A stretch of 52,208 nt of DNA. Source: an uncultured delta proteobacterium. Its GTDB lineage: Bacteria > Desulfobacterota > WTBG01 > CAIYCZ01 > CAIRTM01. Both the position numbers and the translations under genes were made by a program. Shown in pieces: positions 10,912 through 21,339 of the stretch (position 1 is the stretch's first letter; each line of letters starts with the position of its first letter). The notes beneath the pieces were generated by a model. The model searched no databases, was not told the DNA's origin, and saw only the letters and a program-made list of their open reading frames with translations. The stretch lies in NCBI GenBank assembly GCA_963804955.1, contig CAWDSQ010000027.1, positions 1 through 52,208 on the forward strand, given 5' to 3'.

Positions 10912-11667
10912 ATGGAGTTTCCCGAACATCTCGCGCATTACAATCGCTATTTATGGAAAGGCCCCAGCCTTATAGTCGTTACCGGAGAGGCGGAAAAAAT
11001 CTGGAAAGGCCGTCAGGCCTATCACGCCAGCCATGCCGTGACCACTGAGGCAGCAGGCCCGGCAGGGCTTCTGAACCGCCTGTTTGCCGCAGCGGGTCTT
11101 GCCGCCGTTTCTCTTGCGCAGCGTGAGTCCTGGGGCTGGTCGGTGTCGATGCCGGGCATGGACGAAGGGCTTTTCTGCGGCGTTGAGCCCGAGGGCCTGA
11201 TCTGCGGCCGCGTGCTGGGCAATAAAAAAACACAGGGCCTCTGCGTGGTGCAGCGCCAGGGGGAAAAATCCCCCATGGCCCAGAGCCACGTAACGCTCAT
11301 CACCCAGGATCCCGTAGAGGCCGTTGAGCGCTACTTTGAAGAGGCTGAGCAGACGCTCATCCGCATTGCCGTTGATGATGCCGGCAGAGGGGTGCTGCTG
11401 CGTCCCATGCCGGGAGGCACCTTCGAAGCCATAAACGGCTTGAGCGATGCCAGCATTATTGAACGCATCTTCGGGCTTGCGGCCGGTGGGGACATGCAGC
11501 ATCTTGAAGAGGTGCTGCTTTTTTATGCTTGTCCCTGCAGTCCTGAAAAAATACATGCCATGATTAAATCTTTGCCGGCTGACCAGTCAGCGCAGCTGTG
11601 GGGCGATCTGCAGCATCTTGAAATAGCCTGCCCGCGCTGCGGCAGATATTATGAAGTTGCAAAATAG
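10912..11667 (+). CDS. hslO: Hsp33-like redox-regulated chaperone
   Basis: C-terminal CPCS...CPRC zinc motif; ERYFEEAEQ resembles the Hsp33 YF..SEQ motif. Confidence 0.7.
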   Translation: MEFPEHLAHYNRYLWKGPSLIVVTGEAEKIWKGRQAYHASHAVTTEAAGPAGLLNRLFAAAGLAAVSLAQRESWGWSVSMPGMDEGLFCGVEPEGLICGRVLGNKKTQGLCVVQRQGEKSPMAQSHVTLITQDPVEAVERYFEEAEQTLIRIAVDDAGRGVLLRPMPGGTFEAINGLSDASIIERIFGLAAGGDMQHLEEVLLFYACPCSPEKIHAMIKSLPADQSAQLWGDLQHLEIACPRCGRYYEVAK

Positions 11668-11766
11668 CCGCAGTGCTGCTGCAGCTTTTCCCGGCCCCGG
11701 TCAAAATGCAAGGGGCATATTTGAAAAACAGCTGCGGCGCAGGCCGGCAGCCGAGAAAAGGCAGAT

Positions 11767-13506
11767 GTGAAACAAGAGAATGAACAGCGCATTGCAAACC
11801 TGGAGTCAGAGCTTGCCGCCTGCCGGAATGAGCTGCAGCAGGCCCGAGCAGGGGCGCTTCTGCCAGATACCATTATTGAAACATCCATTGACCCCATAAC
11901 GGTGCTGGACAGCGATGGGCGCATCGTGCGGGCAAACCCCGCATTTCTCAAACTGCTGAACTGCGGGCCCGAGGATATCCTGCAGCGGGAGCCGCTGCTG
12001 CTTGCTTTTGTGGAAGAGGGTGTCCATGAAACAACCTATGGAGAAACGATAGCCATTGATCAGGCCTATTATGAAAAAAACCTTGATATGACGGGACATC
12101 TTTTCAAAACCGGCAAAATCGAAAACCATGAATTCTACATCGCCCGTTTTGATAAAAAGCTTGTGCCGGTAGAGGGTAATTTTACCCTGCTGCGCGACGG
12201 CGAGGGCACCCGCATCGGCGCCTTTGTAGTCATGCGGGATATTACACAGCACCGGCTCCAGGCCAGCACCATGAAGCAGGCCCGCGACTTTCTGGAAAAT
12301 ATTTTCCAGACCACCGACGATGGCGTGTATGTAACCAGCTACGACGGGTATATTATCCGCACAAACCGCGCTTTTGCCGCTATCCTCGGCTACGACGACC
12401 AGGAGCTGCAGGGCCTGCATTATTCCGTGCTCTATACCCGAAAGCTTGAACCCGGCATGTCCTCGCCGGTGCAGGACCTTCTTATGGAAAAGGGGTCTAT
12501 TAAACATTATGAAACAACCTATACAAAAAAAGACGGCTCCCCTGTTGAGGTCGAGATAAATCTTTCTCTGCTGAAGGACGAGAGGGGCGAAATTACGGGT
12601 GCTGTGGTGGCCGTGCGCGATATTACTATTCGCAAGCAGGTCGAGGCAGCCCTGCGGGAGAGCGAAGAGCGGTTCAGGGCCCTTGCCATGTCGGCTCCCG
12701 AGGCAATCGTTGCCAGCGACAGTGCTGGTTCAATCATCTTCTGGAACAGGGGAGCTGAAAACGTATTCCTGTACACTGAGCAGGAAATACTGGGCAAGCC
12801 CATTCACCAGCTTGTCGTTGGCGAGGATCGGCCGGCGGATCAGGAAGCCTTTGGTAAAGCTCAGGACCAGCCCCAGGATTTTTTCAAGGGCAGATACTTC
12901 TCGGGCCGCGGATTGCGCAAAAACGGCTCCGTCTTTGCCACCGAGGTTTCCATCGGCATGTGGGAAACGCAGCAGGGCAATTACTACATCGCCATTATAC
13001 GCGATATCACCCAGCGGCAGGAAATGGAGGAGGAGCTCCAGCGCGCCCATACCGAACTTGAAAAGAAAGTGGCTGACCGGACGGCAACCCTTGAAGAAGT
13101 CAATACGGCGCTGCGGGTTCTGCTGAAACGCCGCGAGGAGGATAAAGCGGCGCTTGAAGACAAGGTGCTTACGAATGTCAGCCGGCTCATTAACCCATGC
13201 CTTGAAAAGCTGAAAAATGCCGGCCTCGATGGGCGGCAGCTTTCCTACCTGGATATACTGGAGGCGAATCTTCAGGACATCGTATCCCCGTTCCTGCAGG
13301 CTATTTCCCTTAAACACCTGCAGCTGACGCCCATGGAAATAGAGGTTGCAAACCATATCAAGCACGGACACAACACGAAAAAAATTGCCGAGGTTCTGGA
13401 TGTGAGCCGCAAAACAGTCGAGTTTCATCGCGATAACATAAGGAGAAAAGCGGACATTAAGAACAAAAAAATAAATTTGAGGACCTATCTTTTATCGCTT
13501 CAATAG
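11767..13506 (+). CDS. Triple-PAS sensor with LuxR HTH
   Basis: Three PAS/PAC units ending RDIT; LTPMEIEVA...SRKTVEFHRDNIRRK. Confidence 0.9.
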   Translation: MKQENEQRIANLESELAACRNELQQARAGALLPDTIIETSIDPITVLDSDGRIVRANPAFLKLLNCGPEDILQREPLLLAFVEEGVHETTYGETIAIDQAYYEKNLDMTGHLFKTGKIENHEFYIARFDKKLVPVEGNFTLLRDGEGTRIGAFVVMRDITQHRLQASTMKQARDFLENIFQTTDDGVYVTSYDGYIIRTNRAFAAILGYDDQELQGLHYSVLYTRKLEPGMSSPVQDLLMEKGSIKHYETTYTKKDGSPVEVEINLSLLKDERGEITGAVVAVRDITIRKQVEAALRESEERFRALAMSAPEAIVASDSAGSIIFWNRGAENVFLYTEQEILGKPIHQLVVGEDRPADQEAFGKAQDQPQDFFKGRYFSGRGLRKNGSVFATEVSIGMWETQQGNYYIAIIRDITQRQEMEEELQRAHTELEKKVADRTATLEEVNTALRVLLKRREEDKAALEDKVLTNVSRLINPCLEKLKNAGLDGRQLSYLDILEANLQDIVSPFLQAISLKHLQLTPMEIEVANHIKHGHNTKKIAEVLDVSRKTVEFHRDNIRRKADIKNKKINLRTYLLSLQ

Positions 13507-13656
13507 AAAGTGATGCTCCCCGCCTGCAAAGCGGGGGTTGAGCGGCACAATCCGGTTGACGTGCTGCCAGGGCAGGTCCAGCCCGGTCATTTTTGTCTCT
13601 CTGAAAATATGCTGTAAAAATTTTTATTGTCTTCTGGTCATACGAGGAGTCGCGCA

Positions 13657-14490
13657 ATGTACAGAATAGGCTGGTTTTCAACAGGACGGGGGCAGGGCTC
13701 TCTCAATTTGCTGCATGCTGTCATGGCGGCAATAAAAAAGGGCGGTGTCAAAGCCGAGATGGGCTTTGTTTTCTGCAGCCGCGAACCCGGCGATGCGGAA
13801 GGCAGCGACCGCTATATCAAACAGGTTCGGGAGTATGGCCTGCCGCTGATCTGTTTTTCATCCAGGCGATTCAAGCCGGATCTGCGCAGGCAGGCTGGCC
13901 AGGACCCTGCGGCCATGGCACAGTGGCGCCTGGAGTATGATCGCGAGGTCATGCAGCGGCTGGGCGCGCCCGATGTGCATATTACCGTGCTTGCCGGCTA
14001 TATGCTGGTGCTCGGGCCCGAGATGTGCGCGGCCTGCGATATGATCAACCTGCATCCGGCATCACCCAGCGGCCCTGCGGGCACGTGGCAGGAGGTCATT
14101 TGGGAGCTGATCAGGCAGCGCGCCGTAGAGAGCGGCAATATGATGCACCTGGTCATCGAAGAGCTCGACAAGGGCCCGCCCATCACCTTCGGCACCTTCT
14201 CCATACGGGGAGCAGGATTTGATCCGCTCTGGCGCGACATGGAGGAACGGCTTCAAAAGACACCGCTGCAGGAAATCGCCCGCGACGAGGGTGAGCAGAA
14301 TCCGCTGTTTGCAAAAATTCGCCAGGAAGGCGCGCGGCGCGAAATACCTCTGGTGGTACAAACGGTAAAGGCGTTTGCCGACGGCAAAATTTACCTGAAG
14401 GATCGACAGATCATCGCCGAGGGCAAACCGCTTGCCGGGCCGTACTGCCTGAACGACGATATCGAAGGGGAGCTTGCACGGCAAGGGTAG
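13657..14490 (+). CDS. purN: Phosphoribosylglycinamide formyltransferase, long variant
   Basis: STGRG, VLAGYM, INLHP, ELDKGP motifs. Confidence 0.8.
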   Translation: MYRIGWFSTGRGQGSLNLLHAVMAAIKKGGVKAEMGFVFCSREPGDAEGSDRYIKQVREYGLPLICFSSRRFKPDLRRQAGQDPAAMAQWRLEYDREVMQRLGAPDVHITVLAGYMLVLGPEMCAACDMINLHPASPSGPAGTWQEVIWELIRQRAVESGNMMHLVIEELDKGPPITFGTFSIRGAGFDPLWRDMEERLQKTPLQEIARDEGEQNPLFAKIRQEGARREIPLVVQTVKAFADGKIYLKDRQIIAEGKPLAGPYCLNDDIEGELARQG

Positions 14491-14652
14491 CACTGATATT
14501 CAACATTATGAAATATAGCATTAGATACTCGCACGATTTTTTAAAAAAGTGTTTGCAATCAGAGCGAAAGGAGGTGGCCTGAATACACGATAGTCTGGAA
14601 AAGAAACCATGTACAGGGACAATAAACCGATAATTCGTGAAAGGAGACACAC

Positions 14653-15049
14653 ATGAAGAAGATACTTTCCATTCTCAGCATCGCTGCCCTGGCTCTGAGC
14701 CTTGGCGCATGCGCCACCGTTTCTTCGGTTGATCTTGCCGCAGTCGCCAAACAGGCAAACATGAAGAATATCACCACCGGCGACGGCACGTTTGAAAACT
14801 ATACTGCCACCGGCGAGTATAAGGGCAGAGAAATCGGTTTCGGTCTCGGTATTCCTTTCATCAAATTTCTTGAAATTTATCCTGGCAAAAGCAATGAAGC
14901 CCTGCTGACTGATGTAGCAAAAACGGCTGCATCAGAGGGCAAAGCACAATGCCATGATCAATGTGTGTCCGGCCAGTGAAACATTCGCGGGCTTTATCAT
15001 TGGCGTTTATATTGATTCCTGCAAAGGAACCGGCATTAAGCTGAAATAA
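14653..15049 (+). CDS. Lipoprotein (frameshift near 14945)
   Basis: Lipobox LGAC; continues in the shifted frame as AMINVCPASETFAGFIIGVYIDSCKGTGIKLK to TAA 15049. Confidence 0.65.
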
Positions 15050-15063
15050 TTTTTTACACGAAA

Positions 15064-15108
15064 ATAATAAAAAACGTGGCCATGTTTGATGGCCACGTTT
15101 TTTATTAT
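15064..15108. terminator. Bidirectional terminator
   Basis: ataataaaaaacgtggccat-gtttg-atggccacgttttttattat between convergent genes. Confidence 0.9.
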
Positions 15109-15121
15109 CATGTGTTTTCTT

Positions 15122-15568
15122 TCAGCAGCTCTCCGCAACCTTTGCCAGCACCTTCCTCTCTTGTGCTTTCATCCGCCTGCTGTCCGCAGGCGACAGCTCA
15201 TGGTCGCAGCCGATAAGATGCAGCATGCCGTGCACCAGAAGAGCGGACACTTCCTCATGCAGGCTCACACCGCGTCTGCCGGCCTGCCGCTGCGCGGTTT
15301 CAAGAGAGATGGCGATGTCGCCCAGCAGCTGCGGCTGTACCCCCGGAAAAGCGCCGTTGTGCATGGGAAATGAAATAACATCGGTGGGGCCCTTTTTTTT
15401 GAGGTACTGCTCATTGAGCCCCGTGATGCCTGCGTCATCCAGCAGCAGAATGCTTACCTCTGCCTTTGACAATGCCAAGGCGCCCAAGATCGCGCTCGCC
15501 GTCTTCCTTATCAGGGGAAGGCCGATTTGAATCGCTTTTTGCTGGTTTTTTATCTGTATCTTTGCCAT
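15122..15568 (-). CDS. ybeY: rRNA maturation endoribonuclease YbeY
   Basis: TDVISFP, LGDIAIS, HGMLHLIGCDH. Confidence 0.95.
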   Translation of the reverse strand: MAKIQIKNQQKAIQIGLPLIRKTASAILGALALSKAEVSILLLDDAGITGLNEQYLKKKGPTDVISFPMHNGAFPGVQPQLLGDIAISLETAQRQAGRRGVSLHEEVSALLVHGMLHLIGCDHELSPADSRRMKAQERKVLAKVAESC

Positions 15569-17864
15569 TGCCCTCCTTGTCCGTGTGGACCGGATAATCG
15601 ATCCGGGCGTGAAAAATGCCGTTGAGAATTCTATTGAAGCTTTCGGCGATCAGGTGGAGGTCCTTGAGCTTGAGCTCGCATTCGTCCAGCTGGCCATCGA
15701 CAAATATATTATTGATAATGCGCTGCACCATGCCCTGTATGCGCGACGGCGCAGGGTCTGTCAGTGTTTTTGAGGTTGCCTGCACAGCGTCCGCAAGCAT
15801 CACAATCCCTGCTTCCTTTGTTTGCGGCTTCGGGCCTGGATAGCGGAAGTCCTTGTCGCTTACTGGCTGGTCATCATCCTGCATCTCGCGGGCTTTCTGA
15901 TAGAAATACGTTATGATGCTGGTGCCGTGGTGCTGGGCGATGACATCCTGAATAATTCTGCCGAGGCGGTGCTGCCTGGCTATTTCGATGCCGTCTTTGA
16001 CATGTGAGGTAATGATCAGGCTGCTCATGCTCGGCGTCAGCCGGTCATGTTTGTTCTCGCCGCCTTTCTGGTTTTCAACAAAGTAGAGGGGCTTTTTGAT
16101 TTTGCCGATATCATGATAATAGGCGCATACGCGGGCAAGCAGCGGGTCGGCATTGATGGCCTCGGCGGCTGCTTCGGCAAGCACGCCTACCAGGATGCTG
16201 TGATGATAGGTGCCGGGCGCCGCAATCAGGAGTTCGTGCAGCACGGGCTGGTTAAGGTCGGCGAGCTCCAGCAGTTTTATATCGGTGGTATAATTAAAGA
16301 TGATTTCAATGATGGGAATGATGCCTGTTGCCAGCACTGCGGACAGAACCCCCCCGGCCATGCCGAAGGCCATGCTGTAGAGCGTTTCGGTCTTGAACGC
16401 ATCTCCGGTGATCAGGTAGAGCGACAGAACAAGCAGGGCATTGATTGTGGCGACAATCATGCCCGCGCGAATGATGGCGCTGCGCTGCTTGGTGTAGCGG
16501 ACTTCCTGCGTTGCCACGATGGCGCTGATGAAGGAAAACGAGAAGAAGACGAAGCTGTTATCCAGAAGAAAGCCGGCAAATATCGATACGATAACAGCGC
16601 TCAGCGATGCGATCTGGGGCGACAGTACGATGCTTATGACAATAGCCGCACATGCGAACGGGAAACCGTAATAGTATGCCGTAAGCGGGATAACCGTATA
16701 GCCCTTGGCAAATGTAGCCGCCCCTGCCGCACAAAATTTGAACAGCAGGAATGACATGAGCAGAATCAGGCACAGAAAAATAAAGTCGCGGTGGTCGATG
16801 CGTGTTATGGAGATGTCGCTGAGGTTGTTTTTGGCAAATCGGTACATCACCATAAGAGATATGAACGAAAAAAGAAAATACCCCAGCAGCGTCCACAGCA
16901 TGCTTTTTGACTGCTTGAGCTCTCGCATGGCAATGAGCTTCAAAAGCGCAACCTCGGTAACGGGGGCGCCCTCACGCACGATTATTTCATTTTTTTGAAT
17001 CGAATAGAACAGCGGGGCGACCTCTTCGGCCGCAGCTTTCCGGCGCTCTCTTGTTTCCTGGGCATTAAATGTAATGGTGGGCTCGATGAGCTTGACGGCG
17101 ATGTCGGTGAGGGCTTTGCGTATATCGCGGGGCTCGTTTTTGAGAAATGTGCGGGCATCGCGCCGCAGCAGTATTTCAGCATCCTGCACATCGATAAAGG
17201 ACGTAAAATCGTTGGACGCTATTTCCTGGTTTGAGGCAATGTTGCGCAGTATGATGCCCCTGCCGCGCTCCTTGAACAGAAGGCCCTTCGATGCAACAAC
17301 CTCACGCTGAACAAATGGCAGCACCAGATCAAGCAGGGCTTCCTCAAGTTCTTTTTTAAAAGCACGGTCGGCAAGAAGAGCAAAGTTTTGTTCATCAATC
17401 TGTATGCGCAGCAGTGCCTGCAGAGCCGCTCTGTCCTTTTCTGAAAAGGCCTGGCCGCGGGTTTTTTTTCTGCCTGAATCGCGCATGGTTCCGAAAGCCG
17501 CGGTGATGCGCTGCGCTACGTCATTTTCAGCCTTTGCATTGAAGTCATAGACCGATGGTACGGCCTCCATCTTTTCGCGGCGGCGTTTCTCCGTGGTTTC
17601 CGTGTCCTCAACCGTGAAATCCTGATGCGCCCGTATGTTGTCCTGAGCGATATCCCCTAATTTATAATCGTATCTGGGCGTTGATGACTGCGGCGCGGTG
17701 AGAAATGCTATAATGCCGGAAAGTACGATAAGCGCCAGCACCTCATAGGTGGTCGGGGTCATGAACGGCCTGATAATTGTAAACCGCTCTTTGGTGCGCT
17801 CTGTTTTTGCAATGGGCTGCTGCGTACGCCGGGTGCGCAGCTGCTTAAATAGCTGTATTTTCAT
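15435..17864 (-). CDS. 7TM-HD phosphohydrolase (PgpH-like c-di-AMP phosphodiesterase family)
   Basis: APGTYHHS, YYHDIGK, YFVENQ, QHHGT, FRYPGPKP; extracellular domain plus TM block. Confidence 0.9.
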   Translation of the reverse strand: MKIQLFKQLRTRRTQQPIAKTERTKERFTIIRPFMTPTTYEVLALIVLSGIIAFLTAPQSSTPRYDYKLGDIAQDNIRAHQDFTVEDTETTEKRRREKMEAVPSVYDFNAKAENDVAQRITAAFGTMRDSGRKKTRGQAFSEKDRAALQALLRIQIDEQNFALLADRAFKKELEEALLDLVLPFVQREVVASKGLLFKERGRGIILRNIASNQEIASNDFTSFIDVQDAEILLRRDARTFLKNEPRDIRKALTDIAVKLIEPTITFNAQETRERRKAAAEEVAPLFYSIQKNEIIVREGAPVTEVALLKLIAMRELKQSKSMLWTLLGYFLFSFISLMVMYRFAKNNLSDISITRIDHRDFIFLCLILLMSFLLFKFCAAGAATFAKGYTVIPLTAYYYGFPFACAAIVISIVLSPQIASLSAVIVSIFAGFLLDNSFVFFSFSFISAIVATQEVRYTKQRSAIIRAGMIVATINALLVLSLYLITGDAFKTETLYSMAFGMAGGVLSAVLATGIIPIIEIIFNYTTDIKLLELADLNQPVLHELLIAAPGTYHHSILVGVLAEAAAEAINADPLLARVCAYYHDIGKIKKPLYFVENQKGGENKHDRLTPSMSSLIITSHVKDGIEIARQHRLGRIIQDVIAQHHGTSIITYFYQKAREMQDDDQPVSDKDFRYPGPKPQTKEAGIVMLADAVQATSKTLTDPAPSRIQGMVQRIINNIFVDGQLDECELKLKDLHLIAESFNRILNGIFHARIDYPVHTDKEGNGKDTDKKPAKSDSNRPSPDKEDGERDLGRLGIVKGRGKHSAAG

Positions 17865-18853
17865 CTGCGTTTTTCTTTTTCAGTAAATGATTCATATGCC
17901 TTGATGATTCCCTCGACAAGAGGATGGCGGACCACATCTTTTTCCGTAAAATAGCAGAATTTTATCCCTTCAACCTTTTCAAGAACACGCTGCGCCTGCA
18001 CCAGGCCAGACGCTGTTGCCTGCGGCAGGTCGATCTGGGTTATGTCGCCGGTGATAATTGCCTTTGAATTGAACCCCAGGCGCGTAAGAAACATTTTCAT
18101 CTGCTCGGCAGTCGTATTTTGAGCCTCATCTAAAATAACAAAGGAGTCGTTGAGCGTACGGCCCCGCATGAAGGCAAGGGGGGCCACTTCAATCGTGCCC
18201 TGATGCAGCATTTCCTGGGCACGGTGCATATCCATAATGTCATGCAGAGCGTCATAGAGGGGTCTCAGGTAGGGGTTCACCTTTTCGGCAAGGTCCCCCG
18301 GCAGAAATCCGAGTTTTTCGCCGGCCTCGACAGCAGGCCTGGCGAGAATGATCCTGTCGACATCTTTTTTCATGAGTGCCGCGATGCCCATTGCCATGGC
18401 CAGATAGGTCTTTCCCGTGCCGGCCGGCCCTATGCCGAATACAATATCAAAGCCGCGGATAGCATCAACATATTTTTTCTGGGCATAGCTTTTCGGAGTG
18501 ATGGGGCGCCGTTTTGAGGTGAGGATGATCGTATCAAGAAAAACGTCCTTCATGTGCAGCGGCGCATCCTGCTCTATCATTTTAATGGCATGCACCACAT
18601 CAACGGAACTGAGCCGGTAGCCTGATTCAACAATGTAATATAAATCCTGAAGGATTTTTTTTGCCGCCAGTATCGCTGCGCATGGGCCGTGAAGCGTGAA
18701 CTGGCTGCCCTGCACATGAACCTTCACGGCGAGCCGTTTTCCGAGGACTTTCAGGTTTCCGTCATGCTCGCCGCACAGGGCTTTGACAATGCCGGTATCT
18801 TCAAAGTGAAGGATTTCAGAAGAGTCGGAGCGTTTTAGGGGAGGGCTTTCCAT
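17861..18853 (-). CDS. phoH: PhoH-family ATPase
   Basis: GPAGTGKT, RPAVEAGEKLGFLPG, MRGRT, DEAQN. Confidence 0.95.
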   Translation of the reverse strand: MESPPLKRSDSSEILHFEDTGIVKALCGEHDGNLKVLGKRLAVKVHVQGSQFTLHGPCAAILAAKKILQDLYYIVESGYRLSSVDVVHAIKMIEQDAPLHMKDVFLDTIILTSKRRPITPKSYAQKKYVDAIRGFDIVFGIGPAGTGKTYLAMAMGIAALMKKDVDRIILARPAVEAGEKLGFLPGDLAEKVNPYLRPLYDALHDIMDMHRAQEMLHQGTIEVAPLAFMRGRTLNDSFVILDEAQNTTAEQMKMFLTRLGFNSKAIITGDITQIDLPQATASGLVQAQRVLEKVEGIKFCYFTEKDVVRHPLVEGIIKAYESFTEKEKRR

Positions 18854-18923
18854 ACACTACGCTGCTATCAGATAAGAGTGTAGAGGCAGGCCGCAGCGCG
18901 GTACGCGGCAGGGGAAAAAGCTT

Positions 18924-19346
18924 TTATGCTTCAGCATAGATCTGAACCAAAATTTCCCGATTTCTGGGATGATTGTCAAAGTCGCACAGTACGATCTGCT
19001 GCCATGTTCCCAAATGCATGGAGCCGTTCACAACGGGAATAGTAAGGCCGGGGCCAAGCAGCGCCGACCGAACATGTGCATAGCCATTGCCGTCGCCCCA
19101 GCGGCGGTTATGTTCATACGGGATATCGCGGGGGGCAAGCCGCTCAATGGCTTTTTGCAGGTCTGCTACTGCGCCCTGCTCATATTCCAGCGTGGTTAAA
19201 GCTGCGGTGGAGCCGGGGACAAAAAGATGTATGAATCCATCTGACGGGCAGGCCTTTGAAAGGCATTGGTCAACCTCGTCGCTGATGTTCACTATGTCGG
19301 TTGCACCGGTGGTCGCAACGGATATGGTAAAATTTGTTATTGCCAT
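18924..19346 (-). CDS. yjbQ: YjbQ/UPF0047 protein
   Basis: YEHN...GNGYAHVRS, LGTWQQIVLCDFD. Confidence 0.9.
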   Translation of the reverse strand: MAITNFTISVATTGATDIVNISDEVDQCLSKACPSDGFIHLFVPGSTAALTTLEYEQGAVADLQKAIERLAPRDIPYEHNRRWGDGNGYAHVRSALLGPGLTIPVVNGSMHLGTWQQIVLCDFDNHPRNREILVQIYAEA

Positions 19347-19443
19347 GAATTATATTTTTTGATATAAAAAAGATAATTTTTATTATTTTAATAAATTAGC
19401 ACAGGGTCTGCGGCTTTTCAAGTTGTTTTTCAACCAAAATCCC

Positions 19444-19473
19444 TTGACAAATATTTGAAAAAATATATAAAAT
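19444..19473 (+). promoter_or_regulatory. Sigma70 promoter of the rpsP operon
   Basis: TTGACA (19444) with TATAAA/TAAAAT at 16-18 nt spacing. Confidence 0.7.
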
Positions 19474-19550
19474 AGTCTTTTTTGGATTTCCGACACAGGT
19501 GCGCCCGTAAGCGCATCACGCGACTCAAAACAAAGGAAGGATATGGCATC

Positions 19551-19799
19551 ATGGCAGTGAAAATCAGACTTGCTCGTTTCGGCAAGAAGAAAAAACCCTT
19601 TTACCGTGTAGTTGTTGCTCCTGAAGCGGCGCCCCGGGACGGCCGTTTTATAGCGGTGCTGGGTACGTATGATCCATGCAGCAACCCTGCTGTGGTTTCT
19701 ATAAATAAAGAAAAAGCAGTTGACTGGATTAAAAAAGGCGCTCAGCCGACACAGGCAGCTGAGCAGATCCTGAGAAAGGAAGGGGTTTTCAAGGGGTAA
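19551..19799 (+). CDS. rpsP: 30S ribosomal protein S16
   Basis: [22 protein letters not shown]...PRDGRFI. Confidence 0.97.
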   Translation: MAVKIRLARFGKKKKPFYRVVVAPEAAPRDGRFIAVLGTYDPCSNPAVVSINKEKAVDWIKKGAQPTQAAEQILRKEGVFKG

Positions 19800-19860
19800 G
19801 GTAAAGCGCATCTAACGGGAAGTGGTACCTCTGGCAACGACAACTCAAATGGAGGCTAGC

Positions 19861-20091
19861 ATGAAAGACTTAGTAAAGTACATAGCTCAGGCTCTTGTTG
19901 ACAATCCCGATGCAGTGGCGGTAAGTGAGATTGAGGGGGAACAGACATCAGTAATCGAATTGCGCGTGGCTAAAGATGATTTAGGGAAAATTATCGGCAA
20001 GCACGGAAGAACCGCTCAGTCCATGAGAACCATCCTGTCGGCGGCTTCTGCCAAAAACAAAAAACGGGCTGTGCTGGAAATCATTGAGTAA
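19861..20091 (+). CDS. khpA: KH-domain RNA-binding protein
   Basis: [13 protein letters not shown]; position after rpsP. Confidence 0.92.
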   Translation: MKDLVKYIAQALVDNPDAVAVSEIEGEQTSVIELRVAKDDLGKIIGKHGRTAQSMRTILSAASAKNKKRAVLEIIE

Positions 20092-20235
20092 GCAGCTTTT
20101 CCCTGCCAGAGAATGAAATGGTCATGCGGCATGGCCGCATACGATGAAAAAGACTGAACAGCTGGCAAAAAAGTCGTGCGCGGCTTTTTGCCGGTTTCCC
20201 ACATTATTAGCGAGGCAAGCTTCCCAGCGCGCTGC

Positions 20236-20955
20236 ATGATCCGGTTTGACATCATAACACTTTTCCCCCGGATGTTTGATTCGCCCCTGCAGGAGAGCCT
20301 GCTGAAAAAAGCGCAGGAACGGGGGCTTATCGAAATCGCCGTTCACGATTTGCGGACCTGGGCTGAGGACCGGCACAGGACCGCTGATGATACCGCCTAT
20401 GGCGGAGGCGCCGGCATGGTGATGAAGGTTGAGCCGATTGTCAGGGCGCTTGAAAGCACGCGACGAGCCCCGGAAACATCCCGCACAGTGCTCTTAACCC
20501 CGCAGGGCAGACTGTTTTCGCAGGATGTTGCAACCTCACTGTGCAGGTTTGAGCAGCTGGTTTTCGTATGCGGACGGTACGAAGGGGTTGATGAGCGGGT
20601 GCTGTCATTTGTTGATGATGAAATATCCATAGGAGATTTCATCCTGAGCGGCGGCGAAATCGCAGCTCTGGTGGCTATTGATGCGGTTTCCCGGCTTGTG
20701 CCGGGCGTGGTAGGGGACGAGGCTTCGGTTCGGGAAGACACTTTCTCAAACTGGCTTTTAAAGTACCCGCAGTATACGCGGCCGCCCAGCTTCCGGGATC
20801 TTGAAGTTCCAGACGTTCTCCTGTCGGGCGACCATGAAAAGATACGCCGTTGGCGGCGGCAGGAAGCACTCAAAAAAACATTGCGGCGTCGGCCTGATCT
20901 GCTTGAAAAGGCCGAACTTTCTGATACTGATACAGAATTCCTAAAAAGCATTTAA
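20236..20955 (+). CDS. trmD: tRNA (guanine-N1)-methyltransferase
   Basis: YGGGAGMVMK, CGRYEGVDER, SIGDFILSGGE. Confidence 0.97.
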   Translation: MIRFDIITLFPRMFDSPLQESLLKKAQERGLIEIAVHDLRTWAEDRHRTADDTAYGGGAGMVMKVEPIVRALESTRRAPETSRTVLLTPQGRLFSQDVATSLCRFEQLVFVCGRYEGVDERVLSFVDDEISIGDFILSGGEIAALVAIDAVSRLVPGVVGDEASVREDTFSNWLLKYPQYTRPPSFRDLEVPDVLLSGDHEKIRRWRRQEALKKTLRRRPDLLEKAELSDTDTEFLKSI

Positions 20956-20981
20956 CAATCTCGAAAGGATGGAGATAGGCG

Positions 20982-21326
20982 ATGAACGTACTTGACAAGA
21001 TCGAACGGGAGCAGATGCGGCTTGACATTCCGGCTTTTCGGCCGGGTGATACGGTGAAAGTGCATGTAAAGATACGCGAAGGCGAAAAAGACCGGATCCA
21101 GGTTTTTCAGGGCGTGGTTATTGCGCGTAAGAATGCGGCGATGCGCTCCTCCTTTACTGTTCGCAAAGTTTCCTACAGCGTGGGCGTGGAGAAAATATTC
21201 CCCCTGCACTCGCCGTCGATTGACCGGATTGAACTGGTGCAGCGGGGCAAAGTACGGCGTTCGCGGCTGTTTTATCTGCGCGACCTTAAAGGTAAAGCCG
21301 CCCGCGTTAAAGTGCAGCGGTATTAA
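20982..21326 (+). CDS. rplS: 50S ribosomal protein L19
   Basis: [24 protein letters not shown]. Confidence 0.97.
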   Translation: MNVLDKIEREQMRLDIPAFRPGDTVKVHVKIREGEKDRIQVFQGVVIARKNAAMRSSFTVRKVSYSVGVEKIFPLHSPSIDRIELVQRGKVRRSRLFYLRDLKGKAARVKVQRY

Positions 21327-21339
21327 AAAAAGGCTTTCC

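Noticed and set aside
13510..13620. ZTP riboswitch upstream of purN
   Set aside because: Consensus elements not found; the hairpin fits a 3' stem of the LuxR gene.
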